In this document: positions 60,692-61,289 of the stretch, in pieces
Position numbering within the stretch: the stretch's first letter is position 1
Layout: the number at the start of each line of letters is the position of its first letter
Assembly (NCBI GenBank): GCA_950072105.1
Contig: CATMOE010000014.1
Coordinates: 1-61,289 of the forward strand
Direction: 5' to 3'
Source: an uncultured Dehalococcoidia bacterium
GTDB taxonomy: Bacteria; Chloroflexota; Dehalococcoidia; Lucifugimonadales; UBA3495
Length of the DNA stretch: 61,289 nucleotides
Notes under the pieces: generated by a model
What the model saw: only the letters and a program-made list of their open reading frames with translations
Told to the model about the DNA's origin: nothing
The model's database searches: none
Program-made: the position numbers and the translations under genes

Positions 60692-61289
60692 TTAGGGTCC
60701 GACAGGCCGCACTAACGCCTTAATAGCCACCACCACCCCCCCGCCGTCATCTCCACCGCCATCATCTCCGCCACCGCCGTCATCATCTCCTCCGCCGTCA
60801 TCCCCGTCGTCATCTTCCGTTTTTATGTAGGTGCCGGTTAGGGTGCCTTGGGCCACTATGTGCCCTTGCAAGGCGTCTTGTACTTGATCGAAGTTAGCCC
60901 CCGCTGGAAGGGTGAGGGTCGAGTCCAACGCGTAGACGGTAAACCGGTAGTTGTGTTGCTCGGAGTCAGGGCGGCAAGGCCCACCATATCCAACGTTGCC
61001 CCAACTGTTGTTTCCTTGGGTTGCCCCGTTGGAGAGCTGGGCAGTCTGGGTTTGGTCCTCAGGTAAGCTGTTGGTTTTGGACGGAAGGTTGAACAGGACC
61101 CAATGGACCCAGGTCCCTCCCGCGGCGTCTGGGTCATCCATGAGAATGACCAAGGTGACGGTCCCTTCCGGATGTGTGCCCCATGAAAGGGGCGGTGAAA
61201 TGTTGAAACGATCGCAGGTATAGCGAGAGGGTATAGCGCCACCCGGGAGTGCTGTGGAGGTTAACGTTAATGATACGGGGACCGGCGTG
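60692..61289 (-). CDS. YbhB/YbcL (PEBP) family protein, 5' end outside the window, with a Gly/Asp-rich tail
   Basis: DDPDA..GTWVHW, YGGPC, HNYRFTVYALD; frame open to the window edge. Confidence 0.85.
   Translation of the reverse strand, partial: TPVPVSLTLTSTALPGGAIPSRYTCDRFNISPPLSWGTHPEGTVTLVILMDDPDAAGGTWVHWVLFNLPSKTNSLPEDQTQTAQLSNGATQGNNSWGNVGYGGPCRPDSEQHNYRFTVYALDSTLTLPAGANFDQVQDALQGHIVAQGTLTGTYIKTEDDDGDDGGGDDDGGGGDDGGGDDGGGVVVAIKALVRPVGP

Noticed and set aside
1..61289. CRISPR array, tRNA, tmRNA, RNase P, transposase or prophage genes; antisense ORFs within long genes
   Set aside because: No regularly spaced repeats or signature motifs seen by eye; antisense ORFs are expected shadows in GC-rich coding DNA

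Overview
A 61 kb gene-dense bacterial chromosome segment. Gene content (luciferase-like monooxygenase, CoA-transferase, DUF3500, GuaB3, DUF1800/1501, P/T-rich lipoproteins) suggests Chloroflexota/Dehalococcoidia, possibly SAR202-like; this is an inference. Housekeeping loci are dnaE, clpC-radA, moaDE, a GuaB3-like gene, tex, ogt, mtnN and a solitary 5S rRNA. Highlights: (1) an archaeal CetZ-like tubulin-superfamily GTPase apparently co-transcribed with an uncharacterised membrane-anchored surface protein; (2) a compact phosphonate biosynthesis cluster (methyltransferase-pepM-AEP transaminase-methyltransferase) preceded by a promoter and a candidate structured leader RNA, with no decarboxylase in the cluster but a split ComDE/Ppd-like one about 18 kb away; (3) a UGSC-type selenoprotein that the ORF track splits at an in-frame UGA followed by a SECIS-like hairpin; (4) a frameshifted DipZ-like paralog; (5) enzymes with substituted catalytic residues; (6) several REP-like palindrome families. 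I saw no CRISPR array, tRNA, transposase or prophage. All family assignments come from motif recognition by eye, not database searches.
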